Origin: Antedon mediterranea
Lineage: Eukaryota; Animalia; Echinodermata
Assembly (NCBI RefSeq): GCF_964355755.1
Contig: NC_092673.1
Location: 31,431,648 to 31,495,647 of the forward strand
Direction: 5' to 3'
Length of the DNA: 64,000 bases
Under the pieces are notes generated by a model. That model did not search any database and was not told the DNA's origin. It worked only from the letters and a program-made list of their open reading frames with translations. Made by a program: the position numbers and the translations under genes. The first letter of the stretch is position 1. Every line of letters begins with the position of its first letter. Positions 52,036 to 64,000 of this stretch are shown piece by piece.

Positions 52036-54017
52036 CATACTTTTATCGGACTTGTATGGATGGTTATACAAAGCATTAATATACGAAACCCGATGCGGTT
52101 TGTTAGTTATTGCCTCTGCAAGAGGCAGAATATTATTATTATATTTTCACAAATATATTTCTAGTTTTTATCATGGAAAAAAAAGGATTGTATATATTTA
52201 AACACATTACAACCTCCAGTCTACCATCATGATGGATTAAGTGAAGCGCCTAGGAGATCATTACGCTTTAGCAGATACAATATTATATTGTATCTAATAT
52301 ATAATATTGTATCTGCTAAAGCGTAATGATCTCCTAGTTATCTGGTTAGCCTATATTCTGGACATTCTTTTTTTCACAGCATTACTTGCGCGGATATAAC
52401 CATTATTCGCGATTATAGTCAACGTTAAGTTGAGTAAGAATCATTTTTAAAGTGATAGTCCATTTCGCGTATACAATATAATAAGGATTTAAATTAATAA
52501 AGTCGTCTGAAATATTTCTCATTGCCCGGTTATCCGCAACAAAGTTAATCCTTGTGATTGTTAGTTTTGTTTAAGTTTCTTTGAATTGTTTATTGGCATC
52601 CATATCGTATGATGTGTGAGAAAATTTCGTGTTTTAGAAAATGTAATCCTGCCACCGAAGATTCTTTATGTTCGAAGACGTCTGACGGATAACTGTTTTA
52701 TTCTTTTACATTTAATTAATTAATTAATCTTCATCTTCACTTGAGGAAAATAGCCTACATCTTTTAGGTTTAAAACGTCATTTATAAGCATTTGAATAAG
52801 CCAACAAATTAAACTAATGTTTTCTCCTAAGCTTTTTAAATATTATTTAAATGCATTAAAATGCGTCGAACTCGGCGGATAACAATATTTGAAATAAAAA
52901 TGCATATAAAACTTTTGTTCTGGACTTTACTTTTTTGTCCCAAGTGAGAACTTTCAGGCCGTGGAGCGCGCTCGTGAACTGATTGTTTATGACATGCTCT
53001 TTTGTATAAAATATCCAATAATAATTATCATTGTAGGACTACTCTCCACCAAAAAACTTTATATTAGAAAGTATTTAATACGTCACGTCTTAAAAAAAGG
53101 AGAATTGGGTAATACAGTATGTAGTTTCTCGCGAATCTTACATCACACTCCAACATTCTCACTCTCTTTTATTTAGTGGAAAAACACTTTAACTTTAGAA
53201 TGCTTTGAATTCTGAAAGACGACTTCGAACTTAAAGAATCGTCATGAATGACGTTTATTGGCTCAAACTTCACACATCGGTACGATGTGAAGGCCAGACG
53301 GATTCAGAGAGGATCAAACCGGCTCCTCCTCCCCATTGGCAGTGGGCAGCGGTGGGTGGCGGCGGGTGAAAGGGGAAAATGAAAAATGTTGATTCAGACG
53401 AATGCCAACCAGTCCCTTTGATACGCTCTTAATAATTGTTGGAAAGTGAAAGTAGGTCTACTTGAGGTAGTATCTTTCGTATAGGCCTACGCGAAATGGA
53501 TTATCCTTAAATAATTGGTTCTTACTCTAATTAAGATTATAATCGCGAATGATAGTTCAAAATATGCAATGCATTGTGATATCCACGCAAGTAGGCCTAA
53601 TGCTGTGAAAAAAAATGAATGTCCAAAATAAAACCAGCAGAACTATCATTACGCTTCAGCAGATATACAAATATACACTTAATCCATCATGATGGTGTTA
53701 CGGGCTCGCTCGTTAGGCTGAAACCAACAATAAGAATATAACAAAACACGTTGTAGTTGTCGTCCATCTTTATTCATCCCCCTCTTTTACTCTAGAGGGC
53801 TCACTTCCGTTTGACAAACCCATCACAATGGTATACTGGAGGTTGTAATGTGTTTAAATATATACAATCCGTTTTTCCATGATAAAAAATATAAATAAAT
53901 TTGTGAAAATAAAATATTCTGCTTCTTGCGTAAAAAAAGGCAATAACTAACAAACCGCATCGGGTTTCGTATATTAATGCCTTGTATAACCATCCATACA
54001 AGTCCGATAAAAGTATG
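52036..54017. repeat. About 2-kb imperfect foldback (arms about 52036-52685 and 53215-54017)
   Basis: Outer about 200 bp are highly similar in inverted orientation; collinear inverted blocks continue inward (52358-52470 vs 53487-53625; 52600-52682 vs 53217-53287). Confidence 0.8.
53696..53827. mobile_element. 132-bp solo LTR
   Basis: TGTTACGGG...CCCATCACA, 4-bp TSD ATGG, internal poly(A) signal on minus strand. Empty site CATGATGGTAGACTGG is present in the opposite foldback arm. Confidence 0.75.
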
Positions 54018-54754
54018 TTATCATGGTAACAGTAAAAAGTGAAAATCATTATCCATTCAATGGATACAAAACGTTTTTGTTTTTATATCACATCTGCTGT
54101 TAAATTTTAATATAATTAATATCCATCGCTTCCATCTTAAATGCGATGTCATAATTTAGTCCATGGCAAAAAGACGGTGGTCAGATTTTGGCAGCAAAGC
54201 ACAACTATTATAGATGGCACACTTTACATATTAGTTTTTGCCGTTGCATTATTATCAGCATATCTTGTGGCACAAACTCAACATTTTTTAAAGCTGGCTG
54301 TTGAATAGAACCGTTACATTTTAAGAAAATTTTTATTTAATCAACCAATCAAAGTGTTATGCGAATAATAATTAGGAATGAACAAGTGTGCAAAGCAAGC
54401 GTTCATGTGATTTTAAACAAATACATTTTACCACACAAGTTTGAATTATAAAAAATTGTTTATGTTTATTTACAGTAATACTGTATGTAATTTAAAAGTT
54501 TGAATGAAAAGAAAAACTTGATTGAAATATTATTATATTTTCTACAGTACCATATGGTACACAAGGTTTTTTTTTACCAAAAGAGGCTTAACCAAAAATA
54601 ATATACAAATAATGAATGTTTATGAGTGGAATGGTCTAAATAATGGCATGAGGTGAATGTAGATTATAAGGTTAAATTTAATATTAACCTTTCATCATTC
54701 ACTGAATAACATTATTTGTACTATTCTACAAATTTAAAACATTCATTATTTGTT

Positions 54755-55083
54755 TTATACAACATCTAAATAGATTCCTGTCAATTTAATCAGATTGAAT
54801 AAAAGCTAGGCCTACATTTGATTCACATTGACAATTTTTGTTTTTTGTAACATATTTGTTTTTTTATAATAATATATATCAAATTTTCAGCATTTATTTG
54901 GTTTTAACACAAACAACTGTAGTGTTAATTATGTCAACGGATGGCCAATGTACGCGAAAAGATTTGTTTTCCATACGTGAACAAAAGTACTATTTAACGA
55001 TCGTGAAATAGTGTGTAATATTGCACGCCATGTGACCCAAAATCATCCAATCAAATGACAGGAATTTATTTAGGTGTTATATG
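54755..55083. mobile_element. Small IR-bounded element, possibly Crypton-derived non-autonomous
   Basis: Imperfect IR TATACAACATCTAAATAGATTCCTGTCA / TGACAGGAATTTATTTAGGTGTTATA; lies near the tyrosine recombinase remnant. Confidence 0.45.
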
Positions 55084-55759
55084 AACACAAGACATCTGAA
55101 CAGAAAATAGAGGTATGACATTCTATCTATATACAGTGTTCTCCCAATATAGACATCAATTCTGGAAAATTAAGCATAGTACTGAATGACTGTTATGCTA
55201 CTAAAAGATGTAACTACATCAAATAATATTGTACTTTGTTCAATTGCTCTCAGTCTATATTAGCTAGACCTAACCTACCACTATGAGATAAGTGTTTATT
55301 TTATGTATAATTGTTTACATAACACCAAAGAACTTATAACACAAGAATCTTCTGTTCATCCGAGGCGCATTAAAAAACAAACTATCGGAAGTACAGGGGT
55401 AAAAGGTCAAATTGAGCGATACCATTTCACAGCATGGTGCAGCGCCCTCTCTCCAAACTAGAAATGTAATTTGTATTAGTCAGGACTGCTATATTATACA
55501 GTAAATGCAAAATATTCTGTATTCGACTGTTTTATTGGAAAGATAATTAATTATTAATTGGTAATAATAGTTCATGATATTATTAGTTACACCCTGCTTG
55601 TTCACGGAATCTGGGAATATCTACGTTCTGGTTCCATATTACGTAGATATTTCCCATATTTCGTAAGAACAAGCAGGGATGTATCTCTTGGTGTACACAT
55701 ATAAGCAATTGGACAAGAGACAAAGAAAAAAACAAATATATACATCAATGTCAATACAG

Positions 55760-56620
55760 TTAAAAACTAACAATAACATAACAGCCAGGTTGTGGATTGT
55801 GCATCCATTTAATGAAGGCATTGGTCTAGATGGCGATTTCATATTTACATGATGCTTGTTAATGACCTGATTGAAATGCTGCTGTGTTGCATTACTTATT
55901 TCCTGAGTTTGTTCAACCTCAACATTTTCACAATCCTCCAAATCGTGCAAAATTGTGCCAAAGCCCAGGCAAAGCTAAATTTTCTTGAATCGTAAGGTTT
56001 AGACTGAGCGACCTCCCCATATCTCATTTTTCTTCATCTGAAACACGTTGGTAGATGGAAAGTGAACTTACTGACTTGTGACCCGTAACGTATTGAATTT
56101 GTGATGCTGCAAAATGTTCTCGTGAAAGTATTGTAGCACCAGTAACACGTATTGAATGATTGGTGTACACTTTACTCAGATTCTTCATGAAACCTCAAAG
56201 TGTAACAATCTCCACACACTTAATACAATATCATATTATTGTTCTTGATTAGAGCAATTAGGGTTCAAATGTTGAAGATAGCTTTCAAATGTTGAAGATA
56301 GCTTTCAGATTATGCAACTGGGCACCGTGTGTTTCCTTTTATTTCTGGCATTAGTGCTGTGTAGCTCTGCCTTCAAACTCATTGTGGTTTTTGTTAAATT
56401 CATTGATAGCTTTGCATACGTATGTCTCTATTTACATCAGTCCTAATGACAAATGTGCGTTTTGTCATTTCATGCCTATTTTCAGCTCCTCGCCGAAAAA
56501 AATAAAATCTAATGTCAAACTGATCCTTTTCTTGCAGCACGAAAGGATCTTGCAAAATTGCTGTATAGCTTTTGTAAATCCAATTTGACTATTTCAGGAT
56601 GATGCGAAATTTCAAGTTTG
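55760..56620 (-). pseudogene. Decayed Crypton-type tyrosine recombinase (DUF3504/KCTD1-like)
   Basis: Hand translation across frameshifts: HHPEI..DLQKLY; FYFFRRGAEN.HEMTKRTF; RCPVA; LSKVYTNHSIRVTGAT...VTGHKSVSSLSIYQRVS (R, HxxR, H, Y signature); C-terminal LNGCTI. Confidence 0.75.
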
Positions 56621-59302
56621 ACTCAAAATTAAAAACAAAACACATATATAAAAACGAATACCATTTATTGAAGTTTCTTTCACTTTTAATAAGATGAAAA
56701 CATTAATTGGTTAGGTGTATTAAACTAAATAATGTAAATATGTACCTAATTTAACACTTTCTAAATGTTTTCGTAATAAAGATCTTTTAAATGTACAATA
56801 CATACAAATGTCTACAAGTAATATCTAAGTGATATCCGATAAGGCATCATACTTGACCACTCCTTCAGCACACAACAGGCGATAGGAATTGCTTATAAAA
56901 GAGGCTGTAAGTATACCCAATAATGTGTCCAAATTGGCTCAATAGGTGCATTTGCCCGGTCTTATAGTGTAATTGGTTTAATTAAAAACCACAAATAATA
57001 AAAAGGTTTAATATCATTAATTATTAAGCTCTGTCTACACTATCAAACTAGTTTGACAAAAAAAGTTTGATGCGTCCAAATATGGTAGTGATATACCCAA
57101 ATATGGTAGTAATATTATATCATCATGTCCATATATGCGCACATCACAGCTCAGATATAGGGTGGGGGCCTACTTTTCAAATATTAACAGGCTTTTTGCT
57201 AGTTTCACTTCAGAATTATGGTAAAATAAACATAATATTTTCTATAAAAATTAAAACAAAACTTATTTATCAATAAATGGTTCCATATAATAATGCGAAT
57301 GCCCTATTCTAGTAACATTAGATCGCCACATGAGGTCATAGGTTAAAGTTATCTATAGGCGTACCTTATTATTATAAAGTTTTTATTGTTCACCATGGTA
57401 ACAGCAATGGCGGAAGCATAAAAAATAATTTATATTTAAATAATTAATCCAGATTATGCATTATTTTTAGAATCATTAGTATTCACAAATTTCAATTTTA
57501 GCTAATTCTTAAATTGACTAAAATAATATTTTTGAAGAATTCATATTTGTTTAAGAACCATCAATCATACGTTATATAATATATTATATATATTTACGTT
57601 CCTATATTTTAATATGTATGACTCATCTAATTCAGAAAATTAATAATAATAAATAAAATTGGGTAAAAAATGTTGTTAACATGGCAATTATACTTTTAGA
57701 TTATTCTTTTACATGTTAATCAAAACATTAATTATCACGTGGTTAATGACCAAAAATTCAAGGTAGAAAATATAGAAATTACCATTTTATAGTTAACTAA
57801 AAACTATTATATAAAACAAAACAAAACACTTTCCTCAAAACTCACTAAATTGAAATAAATGTGTTTAGAAAATTAGTTCTCTAACTTTTAATAACAAAAT
57901 TAAGTATTTAAAAAAACAAAGTGAACAAATCTAATAAAAATTGGTGAGCTGTTTTGAGCACACTTACTGTGAAACTTAAGTCTACCTTTCTATAGCTCAT
58001 CATAAAGCTCATCAAACTTTATGCGACAAAATATGTTTGATGTGCCCAAATATGGTAGTGATATGACATCATCATGTTTATATATAAGGACACATCACAT
58101 TTCTTTTGTCACATAAAGATTGATAAAGAGGTGGTATGTTGTTGGTGACAATAGACACAAACCCAAGCACCCACTAGGGTACAATGCAAAAATGGATCTA
58201 AACTGTCTCTTGTGATTAGTCTACTCACTTGCGCTGTGCATATATCGTTTCATTATGTCCAAGCTTAAGTGGGGCACTACCAGATATACTATATAAAAAT
58301 ATTGATATTATGTTATATTTCCTATTTAATTAGAACCATAAATCGATGCACCATCTGTAGAGATGTGTAAATATATTTGTTTAACTAAAATAACTTTAAA
58401 AGTCAGATTTTAAATAATGGAAACGTTTAAAGGCCATAGAAAACAAAACTAAACTTGAAAACATGTTACAGAAAAAAAGTGATATTTTTAAAAGAAGATA
58501 ATCTTTCGATCCATAATAAAATAAAAAGATTTCTACAGAGGGCGCTTTTACTTATGATATTCCTACACTGTGACAAACGTACACATTAAATTAAACTGTT
58601 ATGTGAGTGGGCATACCCTTGTTAAAACGCTTTTTCCTGTTAATAACCCAATCGATAAGCACCGACATAAAAAAATATAAAATTTTCGGTTAGCACCTCA
58701 GGTTATGAGATAATATATTGAATACATAGTACTATACAGGTTTCTAACAGAATTCTAGCATTTTGTTTTATATAAAAAAGAAATTACAATTTTACAAACA
58801 ATATAAAAGATACATTTGATTATAAAATTATTAATTATCCTTTTCTAATATATAAATATTAGTTAAGTTATAAAGCAAATTCTAAATATTGTATAATTAT
58901 CAATAAAAATAAAAATTAAATAATCATTAATATTCGTAATAAGACTAATCTTTAAAGTTAAAGGTCAAAGTTGAAAGGTGGCCACAACCAGGAAATACGT
59001 TTTTAGGAGATGTCAAATTTTTCTGGAACATGACCAAATTTGGCCTTATTTCCTATTCAAACTTACTGAAACACTACAAATACCACTTATGGGGAATCCT
59101 TTATTATTTATTAATATTTATTAACTTAAGTGAAATACTTAGTATTTTTGAAGTAAATATTTCACTTAAGTAAATATGGCCACTGCCTAATATATTCTGA
59201 ATAGACGACCTACAATATACTATAGATTTAGTAATGTGTAATGTAATGAATGTGCGTTTGATTGGTGGAATTAATAATAATTAAATAATAATGCTAGTGT
59301 TA

Positions 59303-59422
59303 AGCTCTGTTTACACTATCAAACTAGTTAAATATGGTAGTGATATACCCAAATATGGTAGTGATATGACATCATCATGTCCATATATTGTCACATAATG
59401 TTTGATAGTGTAGACTGGGCTT
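59303..59422. mobile_element. MITE family H1 copy (probably in ABL 3' UTR)
   Basis: H1 TIRs; further copies at about 57027-57148 and 58005-58125. Confidence 0.65.
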
Positions 59423-59768
59423 TAGAAGAATATGTGGAACTGTACATACAATTTGAGTTTCTGGTTTCAGAGAGTCCAGTATTGATAAAATTGTGTTTAG
59501 TTTCAGTATATGGCAAAAAAATATACAAATGGAAAAAACATATTATTAGTCCACCAACATGATTCTGCACCAATTTGGGTCCCTATCTCAACCTCTAGTT
59601 AAAAACAATTTGCATAGCTTTGGTACAAACAAGAGTAACAAAAAAGGGAACACAATCATACTTTACTGTTACAAAAAACATTTTTTATATATTTATATAA
59701 TTATATACACGATAGTTTATGAAAAAAATTATATTTTTAATAATGGAAGATCGTTTTATTCATTCCAT

Positions 59769-62700
59769 CTATTTCTGAACCTTCATTTTGATGTCGGTCG
59801 TTAAATTAAACAATTTTCGAATAATTTGTTCGATTTCTTTCTGCTTTCCTGAACTATACTTGATTTTTAAATCTTTAAACTGCGTGTCAAAGGCGTTTAA
59901 TGTTTCGAGAAAAGAAAACCTAAAACGTACGGCTAAAAAGTCCACATACTTTTGACATGATAAATGAAATATTTCAATGTCATCGCACAGTTCGTTACTC
60001 TTGCCATAATCGTTTCTATCTAGTATCATAGCAAATCTCGCTGTTAAAGAATCCGATAGTTGTAATAGCGATTCCTTCGTGACTTTGCCTATACTCATTG
60101 ATAGATCGTCCCTACCTATCGTACCACGTTTCGAACGCGCTTGCGGCTGTGGAACTGGTTTTAACTGCGATACAGCATTTGTACCCTGTGAGGTGGTAAG
60201 CTTTGGTTTTGGTCCCATGAAATCTGGCTTTGGTGTCGGCGGGACCTTTTTCTTATTTGGCTTGGGACTGGTAATTCTTGGTTTCTGACCCATTTGAGTT
60301 GGCTTCAAAATATTCGGTATACTCTTATTCGTGGTAAACTGCTTTGATGGCTGCGGTGGCATGGGAGGATTAAACGTTGGCTTACTGTTTTTACGAGGTG
60401 CGTACCCTTGTGGCGCAGTAATCGGCTGCGTTATTTGATTTTTACTAGAATTACTATCTTTTCTCTGACCATACTTTTTGTTATCTGCCTGACTCGGCAT
60501 GGCTTGCTGTTCATTTTTCGGCCATTTCTCGAACGATTGCTGTTTCATGAACGCTACGCCCTCAACGCTACCGTCGCTTATATTACTTGAGTTGCTCGGG
60601 CTATTTTTAGAATTTCTATTATCCATTTGGGAATGTTTATCTTCAGAGTTCTCTATTAATTCTTGCGAATGTCTGTTGTCTTTCGCCATCACTCCGTTGC
60701 TCGGGTTTGATTTACGTTTCTCCTCTTTTTTATCTTTCCTACGAAACATAGACTGAACATGGAATCCTCCTTTCTTTTTCGATTCAGGTGAAGTTCCTTT
60801 TCCATCTGCAAAGTCAAATGAATGTAAAAGACATAATACTCACACATGAGCTTAATAATACTGAGTGCACAAAGGTAGGTTATTTATCAATCAATCAATC
60901 AATCTTTATTTTCCATCATAACAAACATAAAATACAAATTAAGATGGAGGACGTACAACTAAGGCAGAGCCTGAAAAAAAAATGTTGTACTACCTTTACA
61001 ATAAAAACACTAACAATAACATACACATACAAATATTGAAGGACATAAATAAATATATATAAGAATACATATAAGGTATAGGATAAGGTGGGTTAATAAA
61101 GATATAAAACCATTAAACTCATCAAGGTAAAAAGATGAGCCTTAAATCCAAAGGGTTTTAAAGATGTATTGTCTCAGTTTTAGTAAATTTAATCATTTCT
61201 GTAGAAAAAAAACTAATAACAAACATGTTTTCACTTATAAAAAGGTAAAATAAATTGTTAAATTCAACAAACAACCCATTGACATCGAGCTAATTTGACT
61301 AATTTTTGCTTTAAATTACAGTTTTTTCAGGTAAATAATGTTGAGTGAATAACTATTATGTGACATTATAATGGCATATTCAACAAAAACATTTTTAAAA
61401 TTATTTTTACATGGGAAAATACATCTTTAAAACAAACAAAGTGATGATATTGGGAATGCTCAATACACCAACAAATGAGATATTATTGTGATGAAAACAG
61501 TCCGCAAACTTACTTGGATTTTGTATAGAATCATGATCAGGAATACGACCTGGTATCATTGGTGCAACATCAACGCCCAAAGTCTTTTCAACCTCTGTAG
61601 GATAAAAAAATCCACATAATAAAAAGAAGTATGAATAATTACAGTAAATTTATACTTTATAATCAAAAGCGACAGTACTGTCTTTGATGACATGTTCTGG
61701 TACAGTGAACTCTGTGGAACTGAATCAAAATTAGACACCCTCCCAAAGCAATATTTTATTAATAACAAAATTAAAATTCATTTCAACCATTCAAAATGCA
61801 ATCTCAAAAGAAGATTTTCCAGATAGGATGGAATAACACAAAGAAGAACGTAAGCATGGGTATGATTCCAGTAGGTGATAATTAAGGGCGTGTGGCACAG
61901 TGTGTTGGAAGTTGGATTACTGACTGTGAGATCATGGTTCGAATCAAACTCTCACCGCATTGCTTGTATCCTTAGACAAGACACATGTGCCTTTCTCCAT
62001 CCAGGTGTATAAAATGGTTACCCGGTTTAGATCAAGACACAAATTTGCGCTGATTACTAGCTGTATTATGGGAGTATGTTTCCATACATGCTTGATAAAA
62101 AACATGACCAGGGTAATAATGTGTAGCTCATTGAGAGCTTGCTTATATACAAAATAAGAATGAATTATTATTACTTAGTCCTTATACTAACCTTCACTAA
62201 TGCTAGAGTGTTGAAACATATTGTTCAGTTCCTCATATACATCCCGGAAGTTAGGCCTATCAACTGGCATCCATTCCCAACCTGTAACAATAATTAAGGA
62301 AACAATTCAAAACAACATTAGAGACAAAATACCAATCAAATCTAAGTATAGAACATTTTTAAAGTGAGCGAGTGAAATGGCCGAGCAGTTTAGGCAGGGG
62401 CGCCTCTTAGTTCTGGTGGTGGAACAAGTCTTCTCGGATAAGGAATATAAACCGTAGGTCCAGTGTACACAGTTTACCTGTGTGTACTTTAAAGAACCCC
62501 AGTTCATCATTCAAGACAAGTAGGGGTTTCAAAAAATAGCCCATGTTCAGGGGGATGACCACCTATTAGATAGAACAGTGATTAATTTACTAATTGTTAA
62601 TCCTTGGCCCCCTGTGCCTAAATGTACATAAAATTTAAATAAAGATGGTTTAATTTCTGAACTATTCTTTAAAATGCCATCTTAAAACCAAACGTTCTTT

Positions 62701-62898
62701 AAATCAAAGAGTTAAGTATTTCCGATTCTTGGAAAGGTTACTCACATTTTTTCATGAGATTATAGACATCGCCCGGACAACCTTCCGGTCGTTCCATTCG
62801 GTAGCCATTCTCTAGTTTCTCATACACGTGCTGTAGTTCAACACCTGGATAAGGAGAAGCACCGTATGTAGCAATCTCCCATAAAAGTATACCAAAGG
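59769..62898 (-). CDS. ABL1: Abelson tyrosine kinase, 3' part: end of kinase domain, proline-rich tail, C-terminal F-actin-binding domain
   Basis: Exons 62746-62898 ([18 protein letters not shown]...[11 protein letters not shown]), 62192-62281 (CWEW.P.DRP.F...MFQHSSISE), 61514-61594 (EVEKTLG), 59769-60805 (CQKYVDF...FSFLE...DIKMKVQK*). Phases consistent and motifs match ABL. Co-orthologue of vertebrate ABL1/ABL2. Confidence 0.93.
61162..61426. mobile_element. Kolobok-like MITE family K2, shorter copy
   Basis: TTAA-AGATGTATTGTC...AATACATCT-TTAA. Confidence 0.7.
61886..62174 (+). mobile_element. tRNA-derived SINE with CORE-like segment
   Basis: A box TGGCACAGTG, B box GGTTCGAATC, TGTATCCTTAGACAAGACAC...CCAGGTGTATAAAATGG, (ATT)n tail. 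Confidence 0.7.
62367..62640 (+). mobile_element. Deu-domain SINE (internally deleted)
   Basis: A box TGGCCGAGC; TCGGATAAGGAATATAAACCGTAGGTCC...TTAAAGAACCC...AGTAGGGG resembles the Deu domain. Confidence 0.6.
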
Positions 62899-63148
62899 CT
62901 GTGAAGGAAAAAAGTTGAAAATTATACAGATACACTGAAATAAGGTATCTTTATAAAAAACATATTTCCTTCTTTCTTTTCTTTAACCCACAACAAAAGA
63001 ATAGCAAAAAAAACAATATTGTGTATAAATATAAAAAAAAGGTAAAAAAATAATAATATAAGCTAGTCATGTCTAGTCCCAAAACATATAAATGGAACAG
63101 GGGAAATCCTATTTAGGGGACACTTTGGGCTAAGAAAGTGTCCCCTTA

Positions 63149-63312
63149 AGCTTTTTCTACACTATCAAACTTTATGTGACAAAAAAATGTGATGTGCTCA
63201 TATATGGACATGATGATGTCATATCACTACCCTCTTTGTACATATCATTGTCATATTTGGGCACATCATATTTTTTTTGTCACATAAAGTTTGATAGTGT
63301 AGACAGAGCTTT
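63149..63312. mobile_element. MITE family H1, near-complete copy
   Basis: AGCTTTTTCTACACTATCAAACTTTATGTGACAAAA ... TTTTGTCACATAAAGTTTGATAGTGTAGACAGAGCT. Confidence 0.75.
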
Positions 63313-64000
63313 AGGCTTTTAAACAGATATTTCTCCTCATTCGGGTCATTGAGAAAGAAGTCCTCTGAATAGGGGGCTCTAAGGAGGGTTCTATCTCAAT
63401 AAAGTGTATGATGTGGCAATTTAAATTTTTTGTATGGAGTGAGTGCAGAATCTGTTTGGGCTTTAGCCTATTCTCATTCCTGGTTATTTTTACATTGATG
63501 ACCGAATAAATATTATTATTAGTATTATTATTATTAAGGTACCAAAATAAAAATGTGACAACATTAAAATAACAATATCAATGTTCTACTTCACATAATC
63601 AAGTAACTAATTCGCAATAAGATCTAGCTAAGATATTTTTGAAGAGAAATGCAACATATTCCACAGAATACATAATAAACTTTAATACATAAAAAAAATT
63701 TCATTTTTATAGAATGTCTAATTTAATAATCTTCTGTGCAATATTATTTTATTCAAGAGTTCTGACAATAAAATTTACTTATTGCCTAAAATTTGACCAT
63801 GTGTTAATATGATAAATCTGGCTAAGAAGAAAATGACATTTTTTTTTTGCTCTTTGAATCAACCAAGTGTGAACAAAAGCCAGACACTCAATAATAAATC
63901 AGGCTTATAATTAGAAAAAACTCAAGATCAGATCAAGGTCATTTCCAGTAATTACCAAACCATTACTTGATTTACTGAAACAACTGTACACAATCACTGT

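Noticed and set aside
59769-60749. Stand-alone 326-aa proline-rich gene
   Set aside because: It is the terminal exon of ABL: acceptor at 60806-60807 and phase match the upstream kinase exons.

Overview
AT-rich, intron-rich animal DNA. Deu-type SINEs and intron positions shared with human suggest a marine invertebrate deuterostome (inference). Three host genes were reconstructed by hand from splice sites and reading phase: (1) the 5' part of alpha-spectrin (SPTAN1-like, minus strand, 9 coding exons, 104-11014); (2) a complete 22-exon DHX30-like DExH RNA helicase (plus strand, 19141-51230, 1075 aa); (3) the 3' end of an ABL tyrosine kinase (minus strand, 59769-62898). Introns and intergenic DNA are packed with transposable elements: a full-length Gypsy with three nested DNA transposons, DIRS, Tx1/L1, Penelope, RTEX/L2/CR1 fragments, a decayed Crypton tyrosine recombinase, a Helentron HINE, Deu- and CORE-like SINEs, and many MITEs. 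Several of these form multi-level nests with verifiable TSDs. The most notable non-obvious signals are: a minimal hammerhead ribozyme in the Penelope 3' end; a 626-bp near-identical inverted MITE pair bracketing a frame-preserving 1869-nt exon block of DHX30 (candidate circRNA or exon-skipping device); a perfect 163-bp-arm hairpin between two divergent genes; and a 2-kb foldback between two convergent genes. I see no prokaryote-type system and cannot claim a new protein-based system. All family assignments come from recognised motifs, not database searches.
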